A DNA stretch of 61,845 nucleotides, the filler included, from Globobulimina sp. (Eukaryota): assembly GCA_003354225.1 (NCBI GenBank). It is 16 parts of 16 records of this genome, joined end to end, with 100 filler letters (N's around TTAATTAATTAA, not from the genome) between each part and the next. Parts side by side here need not be neighbours in the genome. Positions count along the whole stretch, not along the records: positions 1 to 3,777 come from PIVH01002111.1; positions 3,878 to 7,653 come from PIVH01002112.1; positions 7,754 to 11,527 come from PIVH01002113.1; 13 more parts are not named here. One strand, given 5' to 3'. Shown piece by piece: positions 1 to 11,627 of this stretch (positions are counted from its first letter, which is position 1; each line of letters begins with the position of its first letter). The notes beneath the pieces are model-generated. The model saw nothing but the letters and a program-made list of their open reading frames with translations, was not told the origin of the DNA and did not search any database. Position numbers and translations under genes: made by a program.

Positions 1-466
1 TCAGATTTGTTGTGGTTTGGGCTGCTTTCAGTGCTTTGTTTGCTGTCCATTTTCTCCTCAGTCTTAAGTATTTTTTATTATGTTTATATTTTATTATAAG
101 TCATCAGAAATAAAATATAATGTTACCTCCGATTGTGTTGATTGAGTGTAACAACTACCCATTCTGCTGTCTGCTGGTTCTCTTTAAACGGATACACTCA
201 GTACGATTATATATATGCGATTATATAAACTCAGTTGTCCACGTACTGCAACGTTTTTATTTGTTTGAATCTGTCCGATTATATAGGTACAGATACTGGT
301 TGTCAGATTTGTGGTGGTTTGGGCTGTTTCTGTACGTCAAACGAAAGGATTGTCTCAGATTTGAGAAAAACTATGTTTTTGTTTTTTGTATTAAAAACTT
401 TAACCTATTGATTACAGTCGCACTTTGTATTGGAAATTTTAGACCATTTTATATTGTTTTCATTGC

Positions 467-680
467 TTTAAATATAATTCCCCATCCCGGCCCTTTGTAT
501 ACCGAAAATTCAATTATAAATTTGTTCTGACTTTGTTCTGTATTTGCAAACCTATATCAAACCGTTTCTGGATCTGAAAAGCGTTTATCAGATAATTGAA
601 TAAAATGTATACAACTTATCGACCAGGGAGGGGGAGTATCTTTTGGAATATATCGTTAAACAATATATTCCAAAAGACTC
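467..680 (+). mobile_element. Degenerate copy of a MITE-like repeat (second copy at 41609-41808), followed by an extra inverted TIR-like segment
   Basis: Shares CCCTTTGTATACCGAAAATTC, AAACCGTTTyTGGATyTG, TCAGATAATTGAA and TATCTTTTGGAATATATCGTTAAA with contig 11. A 15-bp perfect inverted repeat (TCTTTTGGAATATAT / ATATATTCCAAAAGA) lies at 639-677. Confidence 0.7.
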
Positions 681-854
681 GAGTCGTTGTGACACAATTA
701 TAACTATTTTGTAATTTATGTATCCTTGTTCCGAACGATAACATCTAGTTTATCAATGATATAAAGAAGCAGTATTTATACATCTTCGATGTCATAATAA
801 TATGTATAAATAACATTGTTTACTTATTTTTCAGACGCGGTATACAATAAAAAA

Positions 855-1554
855 TCAGGAATAGTGCATCAGGATTGCCATTTGATCAAAGACTGCCGTA
901 ACAAAGCATACATTGTATGTACCACGTATTTTCTTTTGATGGGCCTTTATATGCACTTTATAGCATAAATAGTGATTCCAAATCGGTTTCTTTTGCAATT
1001 CATCGAATATACGATTAAAACACCACAAATAACCAATCTGACATTGTAAATTATAGAATCTTTCAACAATTTTAAATGCACGCCCAAAATTTACATTTTT
1101 AATTTCATCATCAAATGAGATGAACAATTTAATTAATTCATTATTATTTATTATCGATTTTCATTTTTATCTTCGCAAAATCATAATTCATTTTAAGTAA
1201 TGACTGAAAATGAGGATAATGATCTTTAACCCATGCATTTGGTGATAAATTTGTCAATGAATATTCTATTTTGTCCAACCATAATGTTTTACGATATTCA
1301 TTCTGACATTTAACGACATTGAAATAAACATTACGATTTAAATATCGACATTCAACCAAATCTTCGAAAACAACAAATGTCATAATCCTAACTATCAAAT
1401 CATTTGGCATGTCATCAAATCCATAGGGTTTAGTTGTTTCATTTCTCAAATCTTTCCAATATCTAGCAAATAGATGTAAAATACACTGGAATGGCCACGT
1501 TAACCAACGAAATAAGATCACACAGATACTGCAAGCCGTGAAATTTTGCACCAT
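855..1554 (-). pseudogene. F-box-like protein, probably frameshifted
   Basis: Motif FDDMPNDLIVRIMTFVVFEDLVECRYLNR. Removing one base in the AAT run near 1148 joins ORF 1144-1554 to ORF 855-1127 (DNNNNELIKLFISF). Confidence 0.5.
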
Positions 1555-1731
1555 TGGAGGCTGAAATAAAAAAGATGCTGCTTAAATCAAAACACTTTCG
1601 AGTTTTTTTTGCTAAACACTCTGCTCTGTTATCTTTTGGAATGTAGCGTTAAACTATCTGTAAAAGCCGGGATAGAAACACATGAGAACAAGTAAATAGT
1701 CATTATCTATACAAACACAATCATATCAAAT

Positions 1732-2578
1732 TTATTTTGGTGCCATTCTGACCGCAGCATCCAATCGAATAACTTCGCCGTTTAAATACGTATTCTCGAC
1801 AATATGCTGTGCCAACATAGCAAATTCCTTTGGCGATCCCATCCGTTTTGGAAATTGTTTCATGTCAATTAATTTTTGTGCCATAGCTTTCGGCATTATT
1901 TTGGTCATTGGCGTTAAAAAAATGCCAGGCGCGATGGTACAAATTCGAATGCCAAAGCCACCCAAATCTCGGGCAATGGGTAGGGTCATACCGCAAACAC
2001 CTGCTTTCGACGCAGAATAAGCAGCTTGACCTATTTGACCATCAAAGGCCGCCACAGAGGCCGTGTTTATTATCACTCCACGTTCCAAGGTATCTATATC
2101 GGGTTTATTCGCTATCATTGCTTTGGCGCATAAACGTAATACATTGAAGGTGCCAATTAAATTTATTCCGATTACTTTGGCAAAGGGTGGCAATGGATGC
2201 GCTTTGCCGGATTTTGATAACGTGCGCCGTGGATAGCCAATGCCAGCACAATTTACACAGCCATGGATTGCTCCGAATTTCGACAAAGCGGCATTGACGG
2301 CCTCTTGCACGGATTTTTCTTTGGTCACATCACATTTGGTAAATAATGCTATGTTGTCACCTAATTCTGCCACCATTTTTTTACCTTTTGCGGAGTTTAT
2401 ATCTGCAAGCTTCAAATATATGGTATATAGACTCATAGAGCTTATATTTCTAGAAATTTACGTATATTTGTTTACGTACCACGACATTTGCTCCTTGTGA
2501 TGCAAATAAGCGAGCGACTCCCCCGCCTAAACCGGATACACCACCGGTGATAAAAAAAGTTTTCCCTTCAAGTTTCAT
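1732..2578 (-). CDS. HSD17B10: 3-hydroxyacyl-CoA dehydrogenase type 2 (17-beta-HSD10-like SDR), 2 exons
   Basis: Exon 1 (2578-2480) reads MKLEGKTFFITGGVSGLG, the SDR Gly motif. A GT-AG intron at 2479-2410 precedes exon 2, which carries NCAGIG, ERGVIINTASVAAFDGQIGQAAYSASK and NGEVIRLD. Confidence 0.95.
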
Positions 2579-2663
2579 ATTTTTGTAGGGCTCACAACGA
2601 AGGGATTATCGATGAATTATAAACGATGACTTCAAGAAAACCTTAACTGAGACTATTTTGCTC

Positions 2664-3350
2664 ATGTCACTGTTTACTTTGCTTATTATAACCGGCTTTT
2701 GGATATTATGTGCGAGTCAGGATGAAATTGAGGTGGATACCCATGACGGGAAAATTCAAGGAATGCGCCGTTTATCAGCTCATTCATCATGGACTAAATA
2801 TATACATTGTGAGACCTGTGAATACGCCACAGATAAATTGTATTATATGTACGAATCATTCAAAGATGGTCCCGATTGGGGAGAAGATACATTGATCGAT
2901 ATATTGCATGATATATGTAATCCATATTCGAATATCGGTTTATGGGCCACCACCATTGATTTGTATGTCGATGTTGAGAGATATCTAACCTTTGACGAAA
3001 ATGATAAGTTTGGAATGTGCCGCCGTGAATGCGAAACCATAGCCAGAGCGTGTCAAGAAGTGATATCTGATCACGCGGAAGAAACTGCCGAATGGATGTG
3101 GAGAAAGAATGAGTGGATACAAAAAGAAACAATGACTGATTTTCTGTGTGATAAATATTGCATCGATGGGGAGCGGGAAAGGAAAATTAAAGTACCCAAA
3201 AAAAAGAAAAAAAAAGATAGAATGGGCAAAGAGGAATGGATTGAAATGAGCGATAAGGAATTGACGCGAAGGAGGAAACAGCTTGAATCGGTACCTGCGC
3301 ATCAAAGGCGATGGGGTTCGGATAGAGACAAAACAAAACATGAAATATAA
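2664..3350 (+). CDS. Secreted/ER saposin-B-type (Canopy-like) protein
   Basis: Signal peptide, saposin-like Cys pattern (CETC...CNP...CRRECETIARAC...LCDKYC), basic tail and an HDEL-like C-terminus KHEI. Confidence 0.65.
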   Translation: MSLFTLLIITGFWILCASQDEIEVDTHDGKIQGMRRLSAHSSWTKYIHCETCEYATDKLYYMYESFKDGPDWGEDTLIDILHDICNPYSNIGLWATTIDLYVDVERYLTFDENDKFGMCRRECETIARACQEVISDHAEETAEWMWRKNEWIQKETMTDFLCDKYCIDGERERKIKVPKKKKKKDRMGKEEWIEMSDKELTRRRKQLESVPAHQRRWGSDRDKTKHEI

Positions 3351-3437
3351 AAACTGATATTAAGTATAGTATGACATGTAATAATATTATGTAATTATGT
3401 ATAGGATGTTTTTTTACGTACAGTTAAAACTTGCTTT

Positions 3438-3777
3438 ATGTACAGCATGACGTACATTATACTATGCGTTGTACCACTGTTATACAGGGTATTAAATAGT
3501 AAAACAGTATCAATAAGCAATGTCATTGCCAGAACAGATATTTACGGAGATTTAATGGATATTCATGACGGAACAATAATTCAATGGAATAATTCAGGGT
3601 TATATTATTGGTATGGAATGGGTTATGGTAACTGTACAGAACCAGAATACTGGGATTGTTCATCAGTGGTTACCGGTTTCCCTAAATCAATGTGTGGATT
3701 CCAAGCAAATCATACTGTAAATATATATACATCTCCAGATCTAATACATTGGACATATATTGGAGATGCATTACCAT
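3438..3777 (+). CDS. Secreted glycoside hydrolase family 43-like protein, 3' truncated
   Basis: Signal peptide, then RTDIYGDLMDIHDG...YYWYG...IYTSPDLIHWTYIG, typical of the first GH43 propeller blades. Confidence 0.75.
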
Positions 3778-3877
3778 NNNNNNNNNNNNNNNNNNNNNNN
3801 NNNNNNNNNNNNNNNNNNNNNTTAATTAATTAANNNNNNNNNNNNNNNNNNNNNNNNNNNNNNNNNNNNNNNNNNNN
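3778..3877. other. Artificial contig linker N44-TTAATTAATTAA-N44 (first of 15)
   Basis: Identical 100-bp linkers with six-frame stops at 3778, 7654, 11528, 15401, 19274, 23145, 27016, 30887, 34757, 38627, 42497, 46367, 50237, 54107 and 57977. The intervening pieces decrease monotonically from 3777 to 3769 bp. Confidence 0.99.
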
Positions 3878-4049
3878 TCACTCCCCAAATGGTTGCAAAC
3901 AAATTTGTGAAATATGGCAAAATATTGCAAGTGCGACCAATTAAAAAATCGTCAACATGCATTGTCATATTCTCCAAAGCCTCAGAAGCTTCGAATTGTA
4001 TTCGTTTATTCGAATCTCACGACAAAGTGCGTGTCACCAGGCCTGATCA
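3878..4049 (+). CDS. RRM-like exon, 5' truncated, possibly spliced to the downstream BAR-PH gene
   Basis: Reads FVKYGKILQVR...TCIVIFSKASEASNCI. A phase-compatible GT-AG intron at 4050-4179 would join it to the 4172 frame. Confidence 0.45.
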
Positions 4050-4179
4050 GTTACGTTTTCATGTATATACTAAAACAGCTATCCTTGCGCAAATTCATTT
4101 TTTGAGTGAACTTTGTGAAGTTGTTTTTTTCAGTGAAAAATCATTAAAACCATGACACACACACTTTTTCTTTGCACAG

Positions 4180-5893
4180 AGACGATTGGAACATGTGTGG
4201 CGACTCCATAGCTACTACGCCAATTGCAACTGTTTCAGGCAACACCGTTCCAGTGGTCAAAGTGGAAAAGGTAGAGAGTGTGCGTCTAAATGAAGAAAAA
4301 GAGGCAGTGGATGATAAGATTGCAAACTATGAGACTCAGCAATGTCGCATAACTATAATGTATGAGCAACGGCATGCGTACCAAATGTTGTTTGAGAATG
4401 ATGAGATTGAGACTCGTAAACGCTTAAAGAATAATAAATTAATGATCAATCGGATCGAGACTATGTCTGCAACCTCATCTGAATTGTATTCATATTTACG
4501 CCGTATGATAGATTTAGAGATAAAACATGAAGAAAATATCCATAAAACTATAATAAATACATTTGGTTTGTCAGAGAATGGCGGTTCTGTGCATTCGGCA
4601 GGAATTGCCATTGATGCTTTGTTAAAAAATCGGTATTCGCAGTTTAATGATATAAATGATCGCGTTTTCAAAAATATATTATTAGCGTCACAAAAATATG
4701 AAAGTAAAACAAAAACACAAATGTCATATTTTCAGAATAGAATTAAAAAATTTAACGATAAAATTAATGAAAGCAAAACTAAATTATCCAGGTCTGAGTT
4801 TTGATATTTTCTATAAACTAAATAATTAATATCAAATCGGATATATTTAGAGAATGGAATAAGTATCAAAATATTTTAAATCGTACCCTCAAATCACAGC
4901 AATTAAAGCAAATCGAAGGAAATGCAAAAAATAAACAAGTCAGCATCGATGATGGCAGTCATGGAACACTCCAAAGCGACCCATTTTTAATTGGCAAAAG
5001 CTATGCATTGGTACAGAATGAATATAAATTATCATTAGTTAAGCAATAAAAACCTAACACTTCTTTTACATAACAACAGCAAACAAAATAAGATCGAATA
5101 CAACGAAGAAATGTCGCGACTGTTCAACAAAGTCATCGTAGAGGACAAGAAACGCATCGATGGCATCAAGAATATTTTAATCGATTACTTTTTGGCTGAA
5201 AAGGCCAAAGGTGTCAACCACGTAAAATTAATCGACTCCTCCTTGGAATATATCAAATGCATCGATAAAGAAAGCGACACAAACGATTTTGTTAAGAGAT
5301 TTGGCCACATTCAACAGCCAATATCCAGTGTGGCGTTGTCATCGTCAGATCATAAGACCGAAATAAATCAATCTAAACTAAAGAAATCCGTATCACAGCC
5401 AATTATAACTAGTAAGGGAGCGACCTTGACCCAGACACCAGAAGGCGTACTGATTAGAGGCGCCTCGGCCTCGCCATCGCAGCATACTTCATTTAATTTC
5501 AGTGAGTCTGAAACCTTTGCATTGCATTCAAAAGAATTGACGTCGTTGATTTATACGGATGTGATCAATCGAGGTAAGATCTATCGGCCGGGAAGGTTCA
5601 TGTCATCGAATTGGAAGCCAATCTATGGAAATATTACAAAATTCGGATTTTTTCATGCGTTTGAAAAGAGAAAAGATATCAAACCAATTCTTTCCATCTA
5701 TTTGAATAATAAACATATTATTATTCAAATAAAGGATAATGATAAGAAACATAACTTATTTTCGTTTGAAATTATTGTCCCAAATGCTTCCTGGTTCTCG
5801 TTGACAGGCACACCGACAAAGTATTTGTATCGAGCTGAGAATTATAAGGAGTGTTGTGAGTGGATCACAAATTTAAAAAACTATGCAAACTGA
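4180..5893 (+). CDS. BAR/coiled-coil + PH domain protein (Slm1-like), multi-exon
   Basis: Intron 4792-4850 restores the frame (REWNKY...SDPFL). A second intron lies near 5038-5092 (boundaries uncertain). C-terminal PH domain: RGKIYRPGRFMSSNWKPIYGNITKFGFFHAF...YRAENYKECCEWITNL. Confidence 0.7.
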
Positions 5894-6230
5894 ATGTTTT
5901 TTTTTGTGTTAATTATATTACTAAATGGAGTTCGCGGTAACGGGTTGTTCTTATATTGCATAATAGTCACTAGCTTAAAGGCGTCGTCGTCGTCGCATAT
6001 TCCTGGATTTCTTAGAGTATATTTTGAAGAACGTTTTGAAGAATTTCATGGTACCTAATTCCTACGTAACTTATCTGGAGTCCATCGTTAAAATATCTGG
6101 ATGACGAATGAGAAACAAATAACAATTTACACACAAATAACAATAACAACCGCGCTTTCATAGATATAAAATTCGTGCGGTGCTTCACACAAAACAATAC
6201 GAAATATGATCGATGAACCATACATATAAT

Positions 6231-6845
6231 TTACAATTGTTGCAATTTAATATAATTACTATGTTGCGGTTGTTGTCCTTCGTTCGATTGGTTTATGGCT
6301 ATAGTTCTTATATTGAATCCATACGAACCCCAAGAAATACTATATTTTGCATTATAATTTGGATGACCCTTTCTTTTATTATAATTAATATGCCATATAC
6401 CACAAAATTCTTTTTTATCAGCTTCATATTCTAATCTTATTTCAACTTTATGTCTGTTAATATATTGCAGTGTCATGGCAATTCTTAACGTTTCATTGTT
6501 ATAAATACCATTTAATATATATTCACCAACATCATTTGTTCCATAACCATTCAATGTGTTTGTTTCGTGATCAAATTGCATATTAAATACAAAATAATGC
6601 TTTGCTGAGCCACTCACTGTCATCATATACCATCCTTTATACACGCCATTATGAAATATATTATTGTTATTATTATTTGTGACATTAGCTCCATTTATCC
6701 ATTCTTTTTGTGATACAAAATATGGCTGCATAGTGTCCATACATTGTTTCATATAAATTTCACGTTGTTTTGGGTCTCTAGGTATACCACCGGCTTTACG
6801 TTGTTTTGTTTGTCCGGCAATTCGGCAACAAGAGACTTGTCCCAT
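6231..6845 (-). CDS. Hypothetical protein with N-terminal MGxxxCC acylation motif and a small beta-rich domain
   Basis: The ATG at 6845 gives MGQVSCC. Later segment GVYKGWY...LNGYGTNDVGEYILNGIY...FCGIWHI. Confidence 0.6.
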   Translation of the reverse strand: MGQVSCCRIAGQTKQRKAGGIPRDPKQREIYMKQCMDTMQPYFVSQKEWINGANVTNNNNNNIFHNGVYKGWYMMTVSGSAKHYFVFNMQFDHETNTLNGYGTNDVGEYILNGIYNNETLRIAMTLQYINRHKVEIRLEYEADKKEFCGIWHINYNKRKGHPNYNAKYSISWGSYGFNIRTIAINQSNEGQQPQHSNYIKLQQL

Positions 6846-6932
6846 TATTACAAAAGAAAGTTGATCGAAGGGGGTTATATATTTGAATATAAGTAGTGAG
6901 TACTGAGGTTGGGTGTTTTTATCAGATCGATA

Positions 6933-7653
6933 ATGGCGCAACCAAAAAAGATAGCGAACATCAACAATAACAATTATGCGCAAAAATATGAACCAACATT
7001 AGAGTCGCAACTAAAATTAAGCAAAACTGATTTAGAATTACTGGCCAAAGTGAAGAAAAAATACGGTGCCCGACTGACCACCTTATATCCATTTGTAATT
7101 CGTACATTTATCACTGGCTATGCCCATGCAAAGGAACGCGAAAAGGAAACCTATTTGCGATTGGATCATTATTTAGATAGATATAATTCATATAAATTCG
7201 AAACAATTTTAGATAATCCATTGCCAAATGAAGCCGTATTGTTTAATGCATGGAAATTATATATTTATGGTTATGACAAACAAGGCCATCCGGTGTTGTA
7301 TGATGAGATTGGATCCGCAGTCATAAAAGACGTGGAAAGTGCCTTTAAAAATGACATGGATTTATTACGAAGATATAGGTTTAGATTCCATCGAAGATTG
7401 GCAAATTGTAAACGAATACAAGCGGACAAATTCAATACAGTTTTGTTTAAACATGCAATGGTGATGGATTTGGCTGGCTTTTCGACCTCGCATTTTGGCT
7501 CAAATTATAGAGCCATTATTAGGGAAATTATTGGTGATGAACAGTTATTATATATTATATGTTATCTATTGTTTGTACGCAAAATCGCATTATAAATGCT
7601 GTATATTTTACTTTTTTGATGGAGTTATTTGAATAATACGTTTTTATATAGCA
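6933..7653 (+). CDS. CRAL-TRIO/Sec14 lipid-binding protein, 3' truncated
   Basis: Motifs YGYDKQGHPVLYD and VMDLAGFS. A probable intron begins near 7544 and runs towards the contig end. Confidence 0.85.
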
Positions 7654-7773
7654 NNNNNNNNNNNNNNNNNNNNNNNNNNNNNNNNNNNNNNNNNNNNTTA
7701 ATTAATTAANNNNNNNNNNNNNNNNNNNNNNNNNNNNNNNNNNNNNNNNNNNNTCCAAAATAGCGACAAATTA

Positions 7774-10080
7774 TTACATGTAATACAATTTAATGATCGT
7801 AGTAACTTTAGTTTGACATATTGGACAATTTTTGTTTTCAAATTGCTGCGCACATTCACCACAAAATACATGACCACAATTAAATGCATGAGATTTCATT
7901 CGATCCATACATATCACACATGCATTCTTTTCAATTGCAATATTTTCATTAGTTTCCTTGTTAATGTTATCCTTTGGTGCTGATGGTTTTATATTTTCAT
8001 AGTTTGGCAGTTGCCCCACTGTGTTGTTAGAAATTCCAATATCTTGTGGTTGTGGTACAAATGCCGGTGCTGATGGTTTAAAATCAATTTGTTTTGGTAA
8101 TGTACCCAAAGTATCAAGTTTTACTGCTTCTTTCTTAGCCGATTTATCGTATTGTAATTTGATTTCATTTTCATTGAGTATTGAGTATTGGACGTCGACA
8201 GCTTTCATTTTATTCATCTCCACGCTTTCAACAACTGCAACATTCACTCTTTTCATATTTCTCTTTCTTATCACTACATAAAATATTACACAAATTGTGA
8301 CAAACAGAAATAGACATAAAAGGACTACAATAGATACAGCGGCTATATCAATATCTGTGGTACAGTAAAAAACATATAATAACATTTAATTATAACAAAG
8401 GAAAATGTACAGTTTAAAACCTGTTTGTTTTGGTGCATGTGTTGGTGTTGGGTTTTGTGTTGAATTTGCAGTGCCCGCCCATCCAATTGGACACCCCGTG
8501 TCTTGATTACATTCAACAACACATATCCCATTGCAATATAAATTCATATATAAACAAGCTTCATATGCGTAGCATGATATTCTACAATGATCATTTTCAT
8601 CACATGTTATTGATGCATATGAACCCGACCAATAACCAGCTAAATGTATATTAATATTTTTTCCTGAGCTTGTAATATTTGCAGACCGACACGAATAAGA
8701 TGCAGTGCAATAAATATGTGATATTTTTGTTATTGTTGTCTCATGACATGATTTATACCCATAACAATATAGCCTCCCTCCATTCCCAGTAATAGAGCCG
8801 CCATAACATGCATATTGAGCAGAACACTCAACCTTTAAATCATTACTGTTCGATATTATGTCTGAATAACGACATGACTCCTCTCCACTACATATAACAG
8901 ACACTGTGTTACTAGTATTACTATCATATGATATCAAACAAGAATAACATGCTTGGTAAGCTCTGCAACATATTGGGCCAACATTTGTTGTATAAATAAG
9001 ATCTGATCCATCATAATGTTCCCTGTAATTATCAAATGTTTTATCAGTTATTTGTGTTGAACATTCGTGTTCATTTGATTTTGTTATTTGTGTTGCATTC
9101 CAAAAAAAAATTAAAATTTCAGCGGGATTCTGTTTTAATTTATTTATTTTAAATGAACAATAAGCGATATATATATTTTAAAATAACATACCAATGTTAC
9201 ATCTGTGTTTGGCAATGCTAATGAATACTTACTACTTTTAATGATATTACATCGTGAATTACCATCACATATTAAAGATATTCCACCACATCCATTATAA
9301 TAACAATATATATTACAGACACTTCCAGCACCACAATAAATTGTGGATTGATAACCTGAATAATATCCATACAAAAATGCATTCAAAGTACCAGATATAA
9401 CATTTATTGTTGTTGCAAATAATGATAATGCTCCATATCCATTTATTGTACCGGAAATGCCAGCAATTTGTGAATGTGCACATGATTTATCACCATAGCA
9501 ACCAATCTGTATAACGGGGAAAGCATTGAATTAACTGTAAATTTCCTGCACCCGGCATGGGGACCTTTTTTTACTGACAAATCAAAGGAATCGAACCAGC
9601 GCCTCTATGTTTTTGGTGACATAAAATTTACAGTTGCTTCCAATGATATATTTGTATTCATTAATGAGTTTGCTCCATATCCATAGATGTATGAGTTTGC
9701 TTTAATGGATTTCTGATATCCACTATTTGAACATGAAGATGTTCCAGAACAATGAAGGTAATCTGTATCAATATGTGGTGTTTCTTTGCAGGATAATGCA
9801 CCATAACAATAACGATAATATGTGACCGACAATGTTGATTGGAATAAACCTATATAAAAATAAATAACATTTTAAAATAAACTTGTTCAAACTTCCTCTA
9901 TCATAGAAACAAACTCTTATAACCAAAACCATCGACCCAATAATCATAACTTCCATTAACTCCAATATCTCCAGCACATTCAGACTCATCATAGCAATTA
10001 ATGTACGGCTTACCATAGCCAATGAAAGCTAAGAAACTATAAATGTTGGCATAAACTAAGAAAGAATAAAGAGAGATCAT
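7774..10080 (-). CDS. Type I membrane protein: signal peptide, Cys/Gly/Tyr-rich repeat ectodomain, PT stalk, TM helix, C-terminal C3HC4 RING; 5 exons
   Basis: GT-AG introns at 9914-9850, 9631-9507, 9191-9130 and 8420-8355 join five coding segments in frame. Repeats CYGALSC/CSGTSSC/CYGDKSC. RING: CVICMD...CGHVFCGEC...CPIC. Confidence 0.85.
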
Positions 10081-10338
10081 GTTCCTGCTGCACACTTACA
10101 AAGTTTTCTAATCTCATTCTTGACATTAGGGATAGTTTAAAGGAGCGTAGTGGTAGTATGTCTAGACGTCCTTAATTACAATATCATGCTATCTAGGTCC
10201 AAGGTCACAATTTATATTGCGCAATATAAGAACAACCCCTTATTGAATGCCGAAAGAGTCAGTGTGGCCATCTCTACTACAGATGCTACAAAGCACAATT
10301 GCAACATTTAAAATTTATCGAACTTCACTTAAACGACC

Positions 10339-11010
10339 ATGTGTTGTTTTCTTTTTCGCAAAGGTGACGTATGTCAGGCCCGTTTGTGGCAGTCAGTGCT
10401 CTACATCACACTTGGAGTGCTTGTGTTATTTTGTTATCTAGGATTAAGCATTACTTTTTATATTGAATGTGCTGCATTAAACGATGATTCATTGTATCCA
10501 TTCCAATGTGGCTCAAAAGCAATGTGGTCCTGCATGGGTTGGGTACCGTTATTCTTTTTCTTTATCATCACCGGATTAACATTTTTTTATTATTTTAAAC
10601 AATCCTCGCGAACCACAAAAGCAATATCCTCTTCTGATGCATGGCTAATATTATTTGTAACAATTGCTTGTTGCATATTATTCTTTATCCACATCTGTTA
10701 TCTGGCGTACATTGCTGCGGAACTAACAGACAACGCTGGCTGCGATCCATTCAATGAGCTAACTCTAAAGGGTGTGCCTGCTGTGGATTGCAACAAAGCA
10801 CGGCAACTAATCTCTGCATTGTTGTTTTTCTCCATCTTATTAATCATATTTGTCTGCTGCTCATTAACCATATTGTTCGCTTTAGTGAATGGACGTATTG
10901 CCACACCAGTCAATTATAAGACGGTTACAAACATAAGCACTGAGAATATGGATTTGGATGATGTAAAAGATCCAACTGAAATAGCTGAACGCGCCAGGAA
11001 TAGGGTATGA
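10339..11010 (+). CDS. Four-TM membrane protein of unknown family
   Basis: Four hydrophobic segments, Cys pairs in the loops, N-terminal MCC. Confidence 0.7.
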   Translation: MCCFLFRKGDVCQARLWQSVLYITLGVLVLFCYLGLSITFYIECAALNDDSLYPFQCGSKAMWSCMGWVPLFFFFIITGLTFFYYFKQSSRTTKAISSSDAWLILFVTIACCILFFIHICYLAYIAAELTDNAGCDPFNELTLKGVPAVDCNKARQLISALLFFSILLIIFVCCSLTILFALVNGRIATPVNYKTVTNISTENMDLDDVKDPTEIAERARNRV

Positions 11011-11206
11011 ACATCAATGCATATGCATGGCGATCATGCATTGTTTTTTTAACCATACTAAGATCGCATTTAATTGCCTTCATAAATACGAGCACAATCA
11101 AATGGATTCTGAAACATTTTCTATTTGTCCAATAAAACAGCATTTGATTTGGTTGCATATTTATGAATGCACAGCGTTGACCTTTGCAATATTTGTAACA
11201 ACGCAG

Positions 11207-11527
11207 ATGGAAAATCTATCCGCTCATAAATGGGGCGACCGTGTCGTTGTTCGGTTGTCTTATGACGATAAAACCGCTTGTTATGGAACAGTGCGCTGGT
11301 ATGGCCAGGTCAAATCGAGTGAATATGCCACTGAGTCGACCACAACTTTCCCATTCTTATACGGTGTTCATTTGGATGAGAAACGTGGAAATTGTGATGG
11401 CTCGATCCAAGGGAAACATCTTCGACCATTTAAATGTCCTCTCGGGTTTGGTATATTTGTGCCATTGGACCATATCCAAGCATTGCCAGCTTGTGATGAC
11501 CCAACAAAACAGAATATGCATGAGGAG
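11207..11527 (+). CDS. CAP-Gly domain protein, 3' truncated
   Basis: GDRV...GTVRWYG...YGVHLDEKRGNCDGSIQG...FKCPLGFGIFV. Confidence 0.85.
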
Positions 11528-11627
11528 NNNNNNNNNNNNNNNNNNNNNNNNNNNNNNNNNNNNNNNNNNNNTTAATTAATTAANNNNNNNNNNNNNNNNN
11601 NNNNNNNNNNNNNNNNNNNNNNNNNNN

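Noticed and set aside
120-530. 136-aa plus-strand ORF, and the many short ORFs overlapping real genes
   Set aside because: They have no recognisable motifs and overlap repeats or lie antisense/out of frame to well-supported genes.
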